A stretch of 64,000 bases of DNA from Candidatus Cloacimonadales bacterium (GCA_963662275.1 OY759316.1:1248001-1312000), one strand, 5' to 3'; counted from the first letter of the stretch, positions 50,089 to 62,998 are shown. Program-made: numbers and translations. Notes: generated by a model not told the origin, from the letters alone.

Positions 50089-51507
50089 CTATCTCGTTAA
50101 AACAGCTTTGCGAATTTCCTTATATTTGCCAATCTCAAGCTGAACAAAGTAAATACCATGAGCAACCTTTGAACCGTTATCTGCTCTGCCATCCCAAGTT
50201 ACAGTGTACTCGCCAATTAGATACTTTTGTGAATTGACCAATGTCCTGACTAACTGCCCTTTTATGTTATAAACAGTCAGAGTGGTAGGGCTAGTCTCTG
50301 TTTGGTTAAACTTGATACTTGTAATTCCTTGGAATGGATTTGGGTAGCAGGTTAATATAGAAGGAATTGGAGGGATTATTGGATCATGAATAGATACTGG
50401 CGCGCTAATCTCAGTCAACCACATTACCTGTTGCTGCCAAGCTTCATAGGTTGGTCGACTAGCCCCTAAGACATAAATTGTATGAGTGTTGAAAGTGACA
50501 GCGTAGTTTGCACAAAACTGCGACATATACTGGTTGATTCGCCAATATACACTACCATTTGTATTATAAACTATTGTGCTAGCAAATCTCCCACCAGTGA
50601 AATTGGGGTCATCTCCAATCCTTGTTTGAGCGGCTACCAACAATTTGTGATTCCAAATCCTCATTCCATTAACTATCGTCACGCTATCTGGTCCGCTGAC
50701 ATTAATTGTAGCGTTCAAATGATAGCTTTCACCATCATCAATAATCACATCAATTATGCTGTTGCACCACGGATCCACTTGACGACCCTGGAGGAATATC
50801 GTATTGCCATCAATAGCAACTCGTGAGTCACTCATGTCAGGAATTTCATGCTCCCATATAATTTGAGGAACTCCGTTTACAATTTTGACTTTAGTTAGTT
50901 TGTTCCCCGTGTTATACACGACTCCCATCGGCATTCCATCAACACAATAGAAAACAGAATCAGTTGCTGCAAAGGCACTATGATCACCGCAACTGGATAA
51001 TCCAGAGGTTGGTATGTGCCAATAATTAATTACTTGCCCCGTAGTATAGTCCAGAAGTATTAAATCACTTCCCATACTGTAAGCTATTAGATATTGCTCA
51101 GCAGCAGTTATTGTAAAACCAATGCCCCCGGTTAGGTAGGGGGCTAGGCTTCTACTCCAAAGAACTTCATTCTGCTCCGATACAACTATAATGTCAGCTC
51201 CATCGGGATAGCATATATTACCGGACGGAGTTACTGCTAGTCCATGCCCATCCATGACTGTACCATTGTAAATGGTATTAATGTTTCTGATCCAATTAGA
51301 CTGCCTTGTTGTGAGATCAAATTGACAAAGAGATGCAGTTGGCAGAGTATTTCTGGTGTAGCCATAGCCATTACTGACAGCCAATTGGTTGGACTGAAGA
51401 GCGAAAGTCAATTGATTTGAATCAATAATTTCTGGCTCACCGTTTTGTGCCCACATTACTGCACTGAGCATGCATAAGGCAAATAAAGTTAAAAGAATTT
51501 GCTTCAT
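50089..51507 (-). CDS. Secreted beta-rich protein with FlgD-Ig/Por-type C-terminal domain
   Basis: Signal peptide; CYPNPF...VYNIKGQLVRTL...WDGRADNG...GIYF. Confidence 0.85.
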   Translation of the reverse strand: MKQILLTLFALCMLSAVMWAQNGEPEIIDSNQLTFALQSNQLAVSNGYGYTRNTLPTASLCQFDLTTRQSNWIRNINTIYNGTVMDGHGLAVTPSGNICYPDGADIIVVSEQNEVLWSRSLAPYLTGGIGFTITAAEQYLIAYSMGSDLILLDYTTGQVINYWHIPTSGLSSCGDHSAFAATDSVFYCVDGMPMGVVYNTGNKLTKVKIVNGVPQIIWEHEIPDMSDSRVAIDGNTIFLQGRQVDPWCNSIIDVIIDDGESYHLNATINVSGPDSVTIVNGMRIWNHKLLVAAQTRIGDDPNFTGGRFASTIVYNTNGSVYWRINQYMSQFCANYAVTFNTHTIYVLGASRPTYEAWQQQVMWLTEISAPVSIHDPIIPPIPSILTCYPNPFQGITSIKFNQTETSPTTLTVYNIKGQLVRTLVNSQKYLIGEYTVTWDGRADNGSKVAHGIYFVQLEIGKYKEIRKAVLTR

Positions 51508-51884
51508 ATTCTTTCCTTTTTTGAATACTCAATTTATCGTTTGTATGACACAATAAGTCTAGTCTATTTCAAATACACATTTTTGATTACAATCAGCTAC
51601 TTGTTCTATATTTTATGCCATTTGTGTAAGTGCTTTCTGTCAATAACAAATTCTGTGGCATCCTAACGCAAGGGGATTTGATAAAATCCACATCAGTATG
51701 TTCCTATTATTCTGGATATGATATTTGAAAGGCAGATAAGTGATTTTAGAAAGTGGTGCTCTGGAGCAGGGAAATTACGAATTATGAATTGGAAGAGCAT
51801 AGCAGAGGCATTAGTATTTATGTAGAAAAAGAGAATATTTGTCAAGAAAAGATGCAGAATCCAGAGCCAAGATGTCGCTATCCA

Positions 51885-52082
51885 TGAGTCCTAAATTCCT
51901 TTAGGTTTGAAGTTTGATTATTAGATTTCGACGGGAATTTTGGACTTCTGGACGCTCTTAAGTCGAAATCTTGAAATTGAATAAAGCAGGTTCTAATGCT
52001 GGGGATGAAAGGTCGGATATGAAGTCCACTTTCCCTTTTAATCAGTAATTAAGTATTAGTTGAGATCGGGAAAATGAACTCC
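51885..52082. repeat. Inverted pair of ~62-bp hairpin units
   Basis: 51885-51948 (minus) and 52021-52082 (plus). Confidence 0.75.
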
Positions 52083-52098
52083 AAATCCTAAGTTTTTT

Positions 52099-52614
52099 TT
52101 AACGTAAGTTGATTTTCAGGACTTTACCATCTGGATAGCGTAAATTCAAGTCATTACCACTCATACGGGCAATTGTAACCATCTTGCTGCCATCATCCAA
52201 TTTCCATTCCTTTGTTTCAGGAGTATAGATTAAAGCAACAGTATCTCCGGCATCTTTACCTTTCAATTCGATAATATCAAAGCGATTCTTTGTAACTGTG
52301 ATCTGATATTCCTTATCACCGCTCTTCACAATCTTCACTTCTTTCTGACCATCAGTCATAGCCATGGGATTTGTACCAGTCCAGAATTCAACTAAATTGA
52401 GTATGTAAAGATCGACAAACATTGCTGCTCCATAAACTGGAACTATTCCTAAGACCCAAAAGATAACATTGTTGAGATACTTGTTATCAGTTGCACTTTC
52501 ATTCCACTTATATACAGCTTTTGTTAAGGTAAAATTCCCCATACAGGCTGTGAACAGGAATGCCACTGCAATAATTGCAATGATCATGGTAAATGATTTG
52601 GTGTTTCTTTTCAT
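52099..52614 (-). CDS. DUF3332 family lipoprotein
   Basis: TACMGNFTLT..VYKWN...PVYG...DLYILNLVEFWTGTNP; GGAGG RBS. Confidence 0.85.
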   Translation of the reverse strand: MKRNTKSFTMIIAIIAVAFLFTACMGNFTLTKAVYKWNESATDNKYLNNVIFWVLGIVPVYGAAMFVDLYILNLVEFWTGTNPMAMTDGQKEVKIVKSGDKEYQITVTKNRFDIIELKGKDAGDTVALIYTPETKEWKLDDGSKMVTIARMSGNDLNLRYPDGKVLKINLR

Positions 52615-52793
52615 AATTTCCTCCAATAGCGTTTGAGAAAAGATTAGAGATTTCGTAAAATATGCAAGTTATTTATTGTGATTTGCGAAAATAAACAGTT
52701 TTTATATGATAGATTTCTTTATTTTGTTTTTTCGCATTTAGAATGTTGACAATTTAAGTGATATTTTGGGATTTAGATTAAGAAGGAGCACTT

Positions 52794-53693
52794 ATGCCAA
52801 ACAAACTTATCAGAGGTATGGCTGGTCAGGAGACATTTCGTTTCTTTGCAGTGGATGCGACCAATGTTGTGCAGGATGCTGTGAATAAGCATCAATTGTC
52901 GGTTACTGCAACAGTCCTGTTTGGCAGGATGCTGATTGCCGGTTTGATGATGGGAAGCGATCTGAAAAATGAGACAGATTCCCTGACTTTGAAGATCAAT
53001 GGCGATGGAGCCATTGGCGGTGCACTTGTAGATTGCCGTTCTAATGGTCGTATTCGCGGATATGTATTCCATCCTGAAGTTGAACTTCCCCTCGAAGAAA
53101 ACTCAAAAAATATACAAGTAGGTAAAGCGGTGGGTTCAGGTATATTGACGATAATCAAGAAATTTGGAATCTCTGCCCCTTACCAAAGTGAAGTTGAACT
53201 CCAGACAGGTGAAGTGGCGGATGACCTGGCTTATTATTATGTGCAATCGGAACAGATTCCCACGGCTGTATCACTCGGTGTGCTTGTGAATCCGGATGCA
53301 ACAGTCAGACGTGCAGGCGGTTTTATGGTTCAAGCATTGCCAAATGCCCCCGAAGAAATGCTGGAACAACTGGAAACAAATATCAACAACATGCCTTATA
53401 TGTCTGATTTATTGGATATGGGGCTGACAATTGAAGAGATATGTGCAAAAGTGCTTTTCAAAAATATGGATCTTCAAATTACTGAAGAACAAGATGCTCA
53501 ATACTATTGTTCTTGCTCCAAGGATTCTTTTGCTCGGGGATTAAGCTTGCTTGATGTTTCAGACTTGGAAGAAATCAAATCTGAACCCGTGACGACTCAT
53601 TGCCGTTTTTGTAATAAAGAATACACTTTTTCCAGGCAGGAAGTCACAGATATCTTGGAAAAGAAGATACAAACAACTAAATTTAACAAATAA
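52794..53693 (+). CDS. hslO: Hsp33 redox-regulated chaperone
   Basis: GDGAIG, YYVQSEQIPT, AGGFMVQALP, CSCS...CRFC. Confidence 0.95.
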   Translation: MPNKLIRGMAGQETFRFFAVDATNVVQDAVNKHQLSVTATVLFGRMLIAGLMMGSDLKNETDSLTLKINGDGAIGGALVDCRSNGRIRGYVFHPEVELPLEENSKNIQVGKAVGSGILTIIKKFGISAPYQSEVELQTGEVADDLAYYYVQSEQIPTAVSLGVLVNPDATVRRAGGFMVQALPNAPEEMLEQLETNINNMPYMSDLLDMGLTIEEICAKVLFKNMDLQITEEQDAQYYCSCSKDSFARGLSLLDVSDLEEIKSEPVTTHCRFCNKEYTFSRQEVTDILEKKIQTTKFNK

Positions 53694-53710
53694 TATAAAT
53701 AGGAGGAATC

Positions 53711-54910
53711 ATGAAAAGAACCGTTGTTGTTGCTGCTAAACGCAGTCCAATCGGTAGTTTTGGTGGTGTTTTTAAGGAAGTTTCAGCCATTGAGTTATGT
53801 ACACAAGTAGTGAAAGCCATTCTACAGGAAACTGGAGTCAAACCGGAAATGATTGATGAAGTTATCATTGGTAATGTCTGTGGTGCTGGTTTAGGACAGA
53901 ACGTAGCACGCCAGGTAACAATCAAATCAGGATTACCTGTCTCCGTTTCTGCATATACTGTTAATAAAGTTTGTGGTTCAGGTATGAAGACAGTTGCTCT
54001 TGCTGCAAATATGATCGCTATGGGTGATGCTGATATCATCCTGGCTGGTGGAACAGAAAATATGAGTCAAATCCCGTATATCCTTCCCGATGCCCGCTGG
54101 GGTGCCAAAATGGGAGATAAGACAATGGTCGATCTGATGATCCGAGACGGACTCAGCGATATCTTTAATAATTATCATATGGGCTTGACAGCAGAGAATC
54201 TTGCAATCCAGTACAATATTACAAGGGAAGAGCAAGATGCTTTTGCTGCTGCTAGCCAGAATAAAACAGAGATCGCCATGATCTCCGGTCGTTTTAATGA
54301 GGAAATTGTACCTATCGTCATTCCGCAGCGTAAAGGTGATCCAATTATCGTTAAGACAGATGAATTCCCACGCAAAGGTACAACCATTGATGCCCTGGCA
54401 AAGCTTCGTCCTGCTTTCAAACCGGATGGCACAGTGACTGCCGGAAATGCTTCCGGTATCAACGACAGTGCCGCTATGCTTCTTCTCATGGGAGAAGATA
54501 AAGCAAAGGAATTGAACTTGGAACCTATCGCTTACCTGGTTTCAAGTGCTTCAGGTGGAGTTGATCCATCAGTAATGGGCTTCGGTCCTGTGCCTGCCAT
54601 CCAGAAAGCTCTTGATAAAGCCGGATGGAAGTTGCATGATGTGGAATTAGCTGAACTGAATGAAGCGTTTGCCTCACAATCGATTGCTGTGATAAAAGGA
54701 CTTGAGGAAGCTGGTTTAGGTAAGCTGGATGCGGATATTATCAATGTCAATGGTGGTGCTATTGCACTTGGTCATCCAATCGGAGCCAGTGGAACCCGGA
54801 TCATAGTTACTTTATTGCATGAAATGATGAAACAGGATAAGAAAAAAGGATTAGCTTCCCTTTGTATCGGCGGTGGTATGGGAATTGCTACAACTTGGGA
54901 AAGAAAATAA
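53711..54910 (+). CDS. thlA: Acetyl-CoA C-acetyltransferase (thiolase)
   Basis: NKVCGSG, NEAFA, GAIALGHPIGASG, CIGGG. Confidence 0.93.
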   Translation: MKRTVVVAAKRSPIGSFGGVFKEVSAIELCTQVVKAILQETGVKPEMIDEVIIGNVCGAGLGQNVARQVTIKSGLPVSVSAYTVNKVCGSGMKTVALAANMIAMGDADIILAGGTENMSQIPYILPDARWGAKMGDKTMVDLMIRDGLSDIFNNYHMGLTAENLAIQYNITREEQDAFAAASQNKTEIAMISGRFNEEIVPIVIPQRKGDPIIVKTDEFPRKGTTIDALAKLRPAFKPDGTVTAGNASGINDSAAMLLLMGEDKAKELNLEPIAYLVSSASGGVDPSVMGFGPVPAIQKALDKAGWKLHDVELAELNEAFASQSIAVIKGLEEAGLGKLDADIINVNGGAIALGHPIGASGTRIIVTLLHEMMKQDKKKGLASLCIGGGMGIATTWERK

Positions 54911-54920
54911 GGAGTATCTT

Positions 54921-57016
<2,096 letters not shown>

Positions 57017-57037
57017 TACAGTCACGAAGTAACTTTT

Positions 57038-57071
57038 CCCCCCACTTTTGCAAAGAGGGGGATTAAGGGGG
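57038..57071 (+). repeat. C/G-rich hairpin repeat
   Basis: CCCCCCACTTTTGCAAAGAGGGGGATTAAGGGGG. Confidence 0.7.
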
Positions 57072-57141
57072 CGTTAGTTCTTCCTATAGTCTGAAATCGT
57101 CACTTTCATGTAAAGTTCATTCACAATAAAAAGGAGTCATC

Positions 57142-57621
57142 ATGAATAGAATCATACTGATATCAGTACTCATCATCGTGTGTAGTTTTGTATGGGCACA
57201 AGATTCTAAGTTTGGGGCAGGTATTATTTACTCAGACCCATCTGGAATTAATGCGAAATGCTGGTTAGATTCTAAATCAGCTCTTGATCTGTCACTTGCC
57301 TGGACTGAGGACAATCATATCCATAATACAGTGATTAGTGCTGATTACATTTGGCATACAAATTCTATCGATGATGGTAATGTGGCAAATCTTGTTGCAT
57401 ATTTAGGACTAGGTTTCCGGGCAGATTCTCATCCCGATGCGAATAATCAGAACAGTGATAATTCCTCTGTGAAACTGAGAACACCAATTGGATTTGATTT
57501 GCTATTCCATGACATTCCTATGGATTTATTCCTGGAATTTGTTCCCATGATGCAGTTTCAACCTGTCTCAGAAGCAGATTTCCGTATGGCTATTGGCATC
57601 AGGGTGTGGCCGTTCAGGTAG
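57142..57621 (+). CDS. Small putative outer-membrane beta-barrel protein
   Basis: Signal peptide; FGAGI...PSGINAK.W, DLFLEFVP, AIGIRVW. Confidence 0.7.
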   Translation: MNRIILISVLIIVCSFVWAQDSKFGAGIIYSDPSGINAKCWLDSKSALDLSLAWTEDNHIHNTVISADYIWHTNSIDDGNVANLVAYLGLGFRADSHPDANNQNSDNSSVKLRTPIGFDLLFHDIPMDLFLEFVPMMQFQPVSEADFRMAIGIRVWPFR

Positions 57622-57629
57622 GGCAGAAG

Positions 57630-57695
57630 GTGCTAGGGGTTAGGTGTTAGGTGTTAGGTGCTAGGTGCTAGGTGCTAGGGGTTAGGTGTTAGTGA
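57630..57695 (+). repeat. Heptamer array (9 units GTGYTAG/GGGTTAG) at the 3' side of four-helix-bundle gene 2
   Basis: Inverted relative to 58106-58439; inner end TTAGTGA. Confidence 0.93.
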
Positions 57696-57713
57696 CAAGT
57701 ATAATTATCAGTA

Positions 57714-58076
57714 TTAAATATTGTTAAGCTTGATTCGCAATGTTGCTAGCATCTTGCTAATTTCATTTTGTAGATCAATGGAAGTTTTTGCTTGTCTTTC
57801 TGTAATGTATTGAAGACGAATTGCTAAAATGATTTGCGTTTCTGTTTCTGCCAGCGAGCCTTGTGCTATAGAAATGAAATGCAGATATTCAGCTTTGGAA
57901 TTCCTACCTTTACCTTCTGCTATATTGGATGGAATTGATACTACTGCTCTGCGAATTTGATTTGTAAGACAATACAATTCGTCATTTGGAAAATTCTTGC
58001 TCAATTGATATATTTCAACAGTTAAGTCCATTGATTTCTGCCATACAATCAAATCTTGATAACTTTTTACAATCAT
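57714..58076 (-). CDS. Four helix bundle protein (23S rRNA-IVP / Avd-like family), copy 2
   Basis: 79/120 identical to 17359-17721 by manual count; AGGAGG RBS. Confidence 0.93.
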   Translation of the reverse strand: MIVKSYQDLIVWQKSMDLTVEIYQLSKNFPNDELYCLTNQIRRAVVSIPSNIAEGKGRNSKAEYLHFISIAQGSLAETETQIILAIRLQYITERQAKTSIDLQNEISKMLATLRIKLNNI

Positions 58077-58105
58077 CTTTCCCTCCTATTATTGTTTCCT
58101 AATCT

Positions 58106-58439
58106 TCACTAACCCCTAACACCTAGCACCTAGCACCTAGCACCTAGCACCTAGCACCTAGCACCTAGCACCTAGCACCTAGCACCTAACACCTAGCACC
58201 TAGCACCTAACACCTAGCACCTAGCACCTAACACCTAGCACCTAGCACCTAACACCTAGCACCTAGCACCTAGCACCTAACACCTAGCACCTAACACCTA
58301 GCACCTAGCACCTAACACCTAGCACCTAGCACCTAACACCTAGCACCTAACACCTAACACCTAACACCTAACACCTAACACCTAACACCTAGCACCTAAC
58401 ACCTAGCACCTAGCACCTAACACCTAGCACCTAACACCT
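58106..58439 (-). repeat. Tandem 7-bp array, 46 full units mostly CACCTAG/CACCTAA
   Basis: 58113-58434 = 46 x 7 bp; begins after add stop + CAGAAG on the minus strand. Confidence 0.98.
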
Positions 58440-58443
58440 TCTG

Positions 58444-59538
58444 CTATATAATCTCTTCCATCTTCAACTTAGAGTTAAATTCTTCCTCTTCCAATATTTC
58501 CATTTCTGCTAATGCTGCATCCAGGATGGCTACTCGTTCTTTGTAAGGAACGAAACCGCTCTTAAAGCCATTGATGATAATTCCTTTTATATCACGGTAG
58601 CTTAGACCCAATAATTCGATTGCCAGCATATACTCATCGGTTACAGTCGTATCGGAGACGGTACGATTATCAGTATTCAAAGTGACTCTTAAGCCATAAT
58701 CAAGATAGAAATCAACCGGATGCATCTGGATGGATTTCACTGCTTTTGTATGGAAATTACTTTTTAGACAGATTTCCATAGGAATACGATGATCATTCAC
58801 ATAATTCAGCAAGTCACCATCTTCAACCAGCCTGGTTCCATGTCCAAGACGATGTGTACCGCAATAATGAAGTGCCTGGTGGATACTGTCAGGTCCATAA
58901 GCTTCACCTGCATGGATAGTTATATTCAGGTTATTTTTCAGAGCGAGTTCAAAAGCATCACGATGTTCCTTCGCCGGATGATTATACTCAGCACCGGCAA
59001 GATCAAAACCAATGACACCACGATTCTTATAGGCAATTGCCAGTTCCGCAAGTTTCAGCGATGTAGCCGGATCCATGTTCCTGATACCGCATATAATGAC
59101 ACCTGTTTTTATATTGAAAACACGCTCTGCAGCTCGAAGACCTTCGATTACAGCATCTGAGATTTCTGTCAGTTTCATACCCTGGTTAGTATGCAGGATT
59201 GGAGAATAACGAACTTCCATATAGCGCACGTTTTCTTTCGCTGCATCTTCTGCCAGTTCATAGGCTGCACGATACAATCCTTCCCGGTTCTGCAGGACGA
59301 GATTCACGATATGGAAACCTTGAAGATATTCGTCCAAGCTTTCACAGGCTTCTGAACAACAGACGATCTTTGCCAATTTTTTGGGATCAGTTTCTGGAAG
59401 CTTGACATCGAATTTTTTAGCAAGGTCAATGATCGTGGCAATACGTACAGAACCATCCAGGTGAACATGCAGATCAACCTTAGGTAATTTTTCTATAAAT
59501 TCTCTTCTTAGTTTCATTTTTCCATCAATTTTTGTCAT
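58444..59538 (-). CDS. add: Adenosine deaminase
   Basis: LPKVDLHVHLDGS, GFDLAGAE, TIHAGE, RLGHG, NTDN. Confidence 0.95.
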   Translation of the reverse strand: MTKIDGKMKLRREFIEKLPKVDLHVHLDGSVRIATIIDLAKKFDVKLPETDPKKLAKIVCCSEACESLDEYLQGFHIVNLVLQNREGLYRAAYELAEDAAKENVRYMEVRYSPILHTNQGMKLTEISDAVIEGLRAAERVFNIKTGVIICGIRNMDPATSLKLAELAIAYKNRGVIGFDLAGAEYNHPAKEHRDAFELALKNNLNITIHAGEAYGPDSIHQALHYCGTHRLGHGTRLVEDGDLLNYVNDHRIPMEICLKSNFHTKAVKSIQMHPVDFYLDYGLRVTLNTDNRTVSDTTVTDEYMLAIELLGLSYRDIKGIIINGFKSGFVPYKERVAILDAALAEMEILEEEEFNSKLKMEEII

Positions 59539-60098
59539 TTTTCACTCCATTTATTCATAAAGAATATGTTTTCTTTGGGTTTGCGTTTCCTGCTTCCGGC
59601 AAAAGAACTCACTGCCTTGGCATATAGTGTCTTCTTATCTTTAGGGTAACCGAAAGGACAGATTGCGATTACACGAATAGAATCAGGTATGTCAAGAAAA
59701 GCTTTTATGCTTGTTTCAGAAAATGCTCCCAGCCAACAGGAACCAACCCCGAAATTCCAGGAGGTAAGAACCATCTGCTGCAAGGCTATAGCTGTATCCA
59801 CTAGATAATAGGATTGTCCATTTAAGACCAAATCCTCCTTGGGTTCAGCACAGGCGATTACTACAAAGGCTGCATCCTTCATGAAGCTGTTCACTAAACC
59901 GATGAATCCGCAATGCAGCGGTAATTTCTGTATCAAAGCCCGATCTGTGATCACAAGAAAACGCCAGGGCTGCCGATTCTGGGTGGAAGGTGCCCACCTG
60001 CCTGCTTCCAATATCTGATCGATAATCTCCTGGGGTACAGGTTCAGTCGTAAAACTACGTACACTCTGACGAGAAAGAACGACATCCATAAATTCCAT
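59535..60098 (-). CDS. Nitroreductase family protein
   Basis: RQSVRSF, APSTQNRQPWRF, GSCWLG, FGYP. Confidence 0.92.
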   Translation of the reverse strand: MEFMDVVLSRQSVRSFTTEPVPQEIIDQILEAGRWAPSTQNRQPWRFLVITDRALIQKLPLHCGFIGLVNSFMKDAAFVVIACAEPKEDLVLNGQSYYLVDTAIALQQMVLTSWNFGVGSCWLGAFSETSIKAFLDIPDSIRVIAICPFGYPKDKKTLYAKAVSSFAGSRKRKPKENIFFMNKWSEK

Positions 60099-60122
60099 AT
60101 TTAATCCTTTTACAAAGATTCT

Positions 60123-60185
60123 GGAGTTCAAATGCCCTATGTTGAGTATAAATTATTCCACTGACTAAAAGGGCATGCGGACTTC
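60123..60185 (-). repeat. ~62-bp hairpin unit
   Basis: Minus strand reads GAAGTCCGCATGCCCTTTTAGTCAG...TAGGGCATTTGAACTCC. Confidence 0.85.
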
Positions 60186-60313
60186 AGAATCGATACTTTA
60201 TCAACTACTCTCCATTCATTCAAAATCAACTTCCAATATAAGTAAATGAAAAGAAGAAGTCAAAGAAAATCTATATCTTACTTGTATTGAGCAATATGGT
60301 TTCATCGCTATAT

Positions 60314-60382
60314 CATTACGGTAGCATTACGGTTTTTTACCGTAATGCTACCGTAATGCTACCGTATTGCTACCGTAATGCT
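60314..60382. repeat. Inverted 11-bp arrays
   Basis: CATTACGGTAG-type unit x2 facing CTACCGTAATG-type unit x4. Confidence 0.88.
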
Positions 60383-60398
60383 CTTATGTTGTAAATTA

Positions 60399-60487
60399 GC
60401 ACAAGCTGAAGACAGTGACTACCGACCGGTAGTAGTATCCTTCAGGTTACTGTAAAATTGCACAAGCTAAAGACAGTGACTACCGAC
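60399..60487. repeat. 28-bp direct repeat pair
   Basis: GCACAAGCTRAAGACAGTGACTACCGAC at 60399 and 60460. Confidence 0.8.
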
Positions 60488-60490
60488 GTG

Positions 60491-62824
60491 CTACTTCAGC
60501 ATCAGCATTTTCTTCGTTACACACTTATCTGTGGCGTTCAGACGATAGAAATAGACTCCGCTTGCGCAGGCTTTTCCATCTCCGTCTTTTCCATCCCAGA
60601 TAATTTTATGCAATTCCAACGGCATATTCTCATTGATCAATTGCCTTACTTTCTGCCCTCTGATATTATAGACAGACAAGGTCACATGGGATGACTTGGG
60701 AATACTGAAAGAAATCGTTGTACTTGGATTGAATGGATTGGGATAATTGTACAGAATTGTAGCGCCTACTTCAGGAGGTAATTCATCTTCATTCCCCACC
60801 GGTATCGATCCAAACTCATAACAGCCCATATCGATGCGGTTATTCCAGATACGGTAATTGCCTGCCAGATCTGAGATAGGCAACGCAAGTCCTGTAGTAT
60901 CCTGTGTACCGGAATCGATACAGAGAGAACCTGCTGCCAGCGAATAGCGTAACGGGTCATATTCGTCACCTCCCAGGAAACCGGGACTTGAGGAGATATT
61001 ATGATTCAAATAATAGACATGATTTGCAGTACTTGAGTTCAATATGCCGGTCTGCCCATTCTGAATACTGTTGTAGTCTAAAGTCAGATCTATATGTTCC
61101 CCATTATCAGGGACGGGAACATGTATTTCATAAGGTGTCTGATTAAGAAAGATTGAGTTCTGTATATGCGCTATCCCATATAGCTGCAAATTGTAATCAT
61201 GTCCAAAATTGTCAACAAAGTCGCAATTTGAGATATTAATATTTGCATTATTGGCAGCACCAAAGTTGATAATACCATTTTCCCCATTAATATTTGAAAA
61301 CAAAGTGTTATTAATGTTCATGGTAATTGGTTGGGCGGGATTATCAACACCGCCAAAAGCAATACACTGAGAATGACTGTCAGCCATAGCCATATGGTCA
61401 AATATGCAATTTTCAATGGATGTATCTGATAATTTTAACCAGATTAAAGGATGAGCCCAGGCACTGACATAAACTGCCGTTGACCTGCAGTTTGTGATCT
61501 TCCAGTTTTTCATCATTCCACTGAACTCTCCATAAATATTAACTACGCTGCCATCATTAAAGGTAACATTATCTATGATAAGACCATCGATAACACTATC
61601 TCGTAAAAAATCTAAAGAAATCAGGTCTGCTTGATACAGAGTTAAATTTTCAGCTTTAATATTTCGAAACGTAATTCGACTTCCTTCAGTACCCCCAATC
61701 AATTTACCATTCATTGAATCCACAAAAGATAAACTCACATCTGCTAGTGTATAATTGCTCTTATAACTTGTTGAAATATCTGTGACATAAATAGAGGAAA
61801 ACTGAGGATGATCCTCTCCAATGATGATTGTACTATCCATTCCTGCCCCAACCACATTCACCCAGCTTTTCATGGTAATGGGGAATATCTGCTGATTTGC
61901 CGTTAACGAAAAGGTTCCCGGCAATATGTGGACAGTCTTTGGATTCAGGCTATCCGCAGCTATGCGGTAGATAGCAGTATGAATTGTCTTTAATGCTGAC
62001 AGGGGAGATAAGCCATCATTCTCATCATTGCCTAAAGGTGACACATAAAGATCATGATTAATTTCTTGAGTAAAGGCGTTTAGGATATGTAAGTTCATGT
62101 AATTCTGATACCCATAATCATTGCAATTCTGAGCAAAATAATTACTTGGATTCAAGACTGTAAAAGTATCCAGGTAAATATCGATATCAGTCCTCGTTCT
62201 CCACACCAGGATATCCTGACTGCCACCGGCGATATTATTATAAATTGAGCAGCGGTTAACAGGATCGAAAGTAACCAAAGAACCTGAATTCGTAATCAGG
62301 ATCCCTCCTCCTCCTGCCAGGCAACGATTATGATAGATTTTAACTCCTGATAAAGTAACAGCAGATCCAGCGGTAATAATCCCGCCCCCCCCCAAAGCGA
62401 TATTATTGAATATTTTGCAGTTTTGAATTATAGCTGTAACATTAGGAGATATTCCTATTCCACCACCATTCCCATTGTTGAATCCATTAGTAAGGGAAAA
62501 TCCCCTAAACTCAATATCCTGGGTATTCGAGAATACTTTAAAGCATGTATATATTGCATTTCCATCTATAATAGTGGAATCAATGTAAGCCGGATTATTG
62601 GTGACTGCTTCCAGACTTTCCAAAGTCAAATTATTGGTACTGATAGAAACATTCTCCACGTACCTTCCGGGGTGAACCAGCACCACATCTCCACTGGCAG
62701 AGGCATCTATGGCAGATTGAATCGTGGTATATTGCTCTGAGCCATCAATATCTACAATGCGGGTAATTCCAAACAACAATCCTAATGAACAGATAAGGAA
62801 TATCAACAGCATCTTTTTTGACAT
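60491..62824 (-). CDS. Secreted beta-helix (pectin-lyase-like/DUF1565) protein with FlgD-Ig/Por-type C-terminal domain
   Basis: YTTIQSAID, GGGI repeats, YVSPLGNDENDG, IDMGCYE, NYPNPFNPST...KKMLMLK. Confidence 0.88.
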   Translation of the reverse strand: MSKKMLLIFLICSLGLLFGITRIVDIDGSEQYTTIQSAIDASASGDVVLVHPGRYVENVSISTNNLTLESLEAVTNNPAYIDSTIIDGNAIYTCFKVFSNTQDIEFRGFSLTNGFNNGNGGGIGISPNVTAIIQNCKIFNNIALGGGGIITAGSAVTLSGVKIYHNRCLAGGGGILITNSGSLVTFDPVNRCSIYNNIAGGSQDILVWRTRTDIDIYLDTFTVLNPSNYFAQNCNDYGYQNYMNLHILNAFTQEINHDLYVSPLGNDENDGLSPLSALKTIHTAIYRIAADSLNPKTVHILPGTFSLTANQQIFPITMKSWVNVVGAGMDSTIIIGEDHPQFSSIYVTDISTSYKSNYTLADVSLSFVDSMNGKLIGGTEGSRITFRNIKAENLTLYQADLISLDFLRDSVIDGLIIDNVTFNDGSVVNIYGEFSGMMKNWKITNCRSTAVYVSAWAHPLIWLKLSDTSIENCIFDHMAMADSHSQCIAFGGVDNPAQPITMNINNTLFSNINGENGIINFGAANNANINISNCDFVDNFGHDYNLQLYGIAHIQNSIFLNQTPYEIHVPVPDNGEHIDLTLDYNSIQNGQTGILNSSTANHVYYLNHNISSSPGFLGGDEYDPLRYSLAAGSLCIDSGTQDTTGLALPISDLAGNYRIWNNRIDMGCYEFGSIPVGNEDELPPEVGATILYNYPNPFNPSTTISFSIPKSSHVTLSVYNIRGQKVRQLINENMPLELHKIIWDGKDGDGKACASGVYFYRLNATDKCVTKKMLMLK

Positions 62825-62857
62825 ATCTTCTCCTGGATTACGATCTTTACCCCTGAT

Positions 62858-62902
62858 CCCCTCCCTTTGGATAAAGGGAGGGGTAAGGGGAGAGTTTGAT
62901 TC
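62858..62902 (+). repeat. C/G-rich hairpin repeat
   Basis: Matches 26534-26577. Confidence 0.8.
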
Positions 62903-62998
62903 ATTTCTGAACCTGTGTATTATTTGTCATGGCTCCTCGCCTTCGCAAGGATGACAACTCAATGAACCAAATAAGAGGATAGACACATGGGTCTGTCC

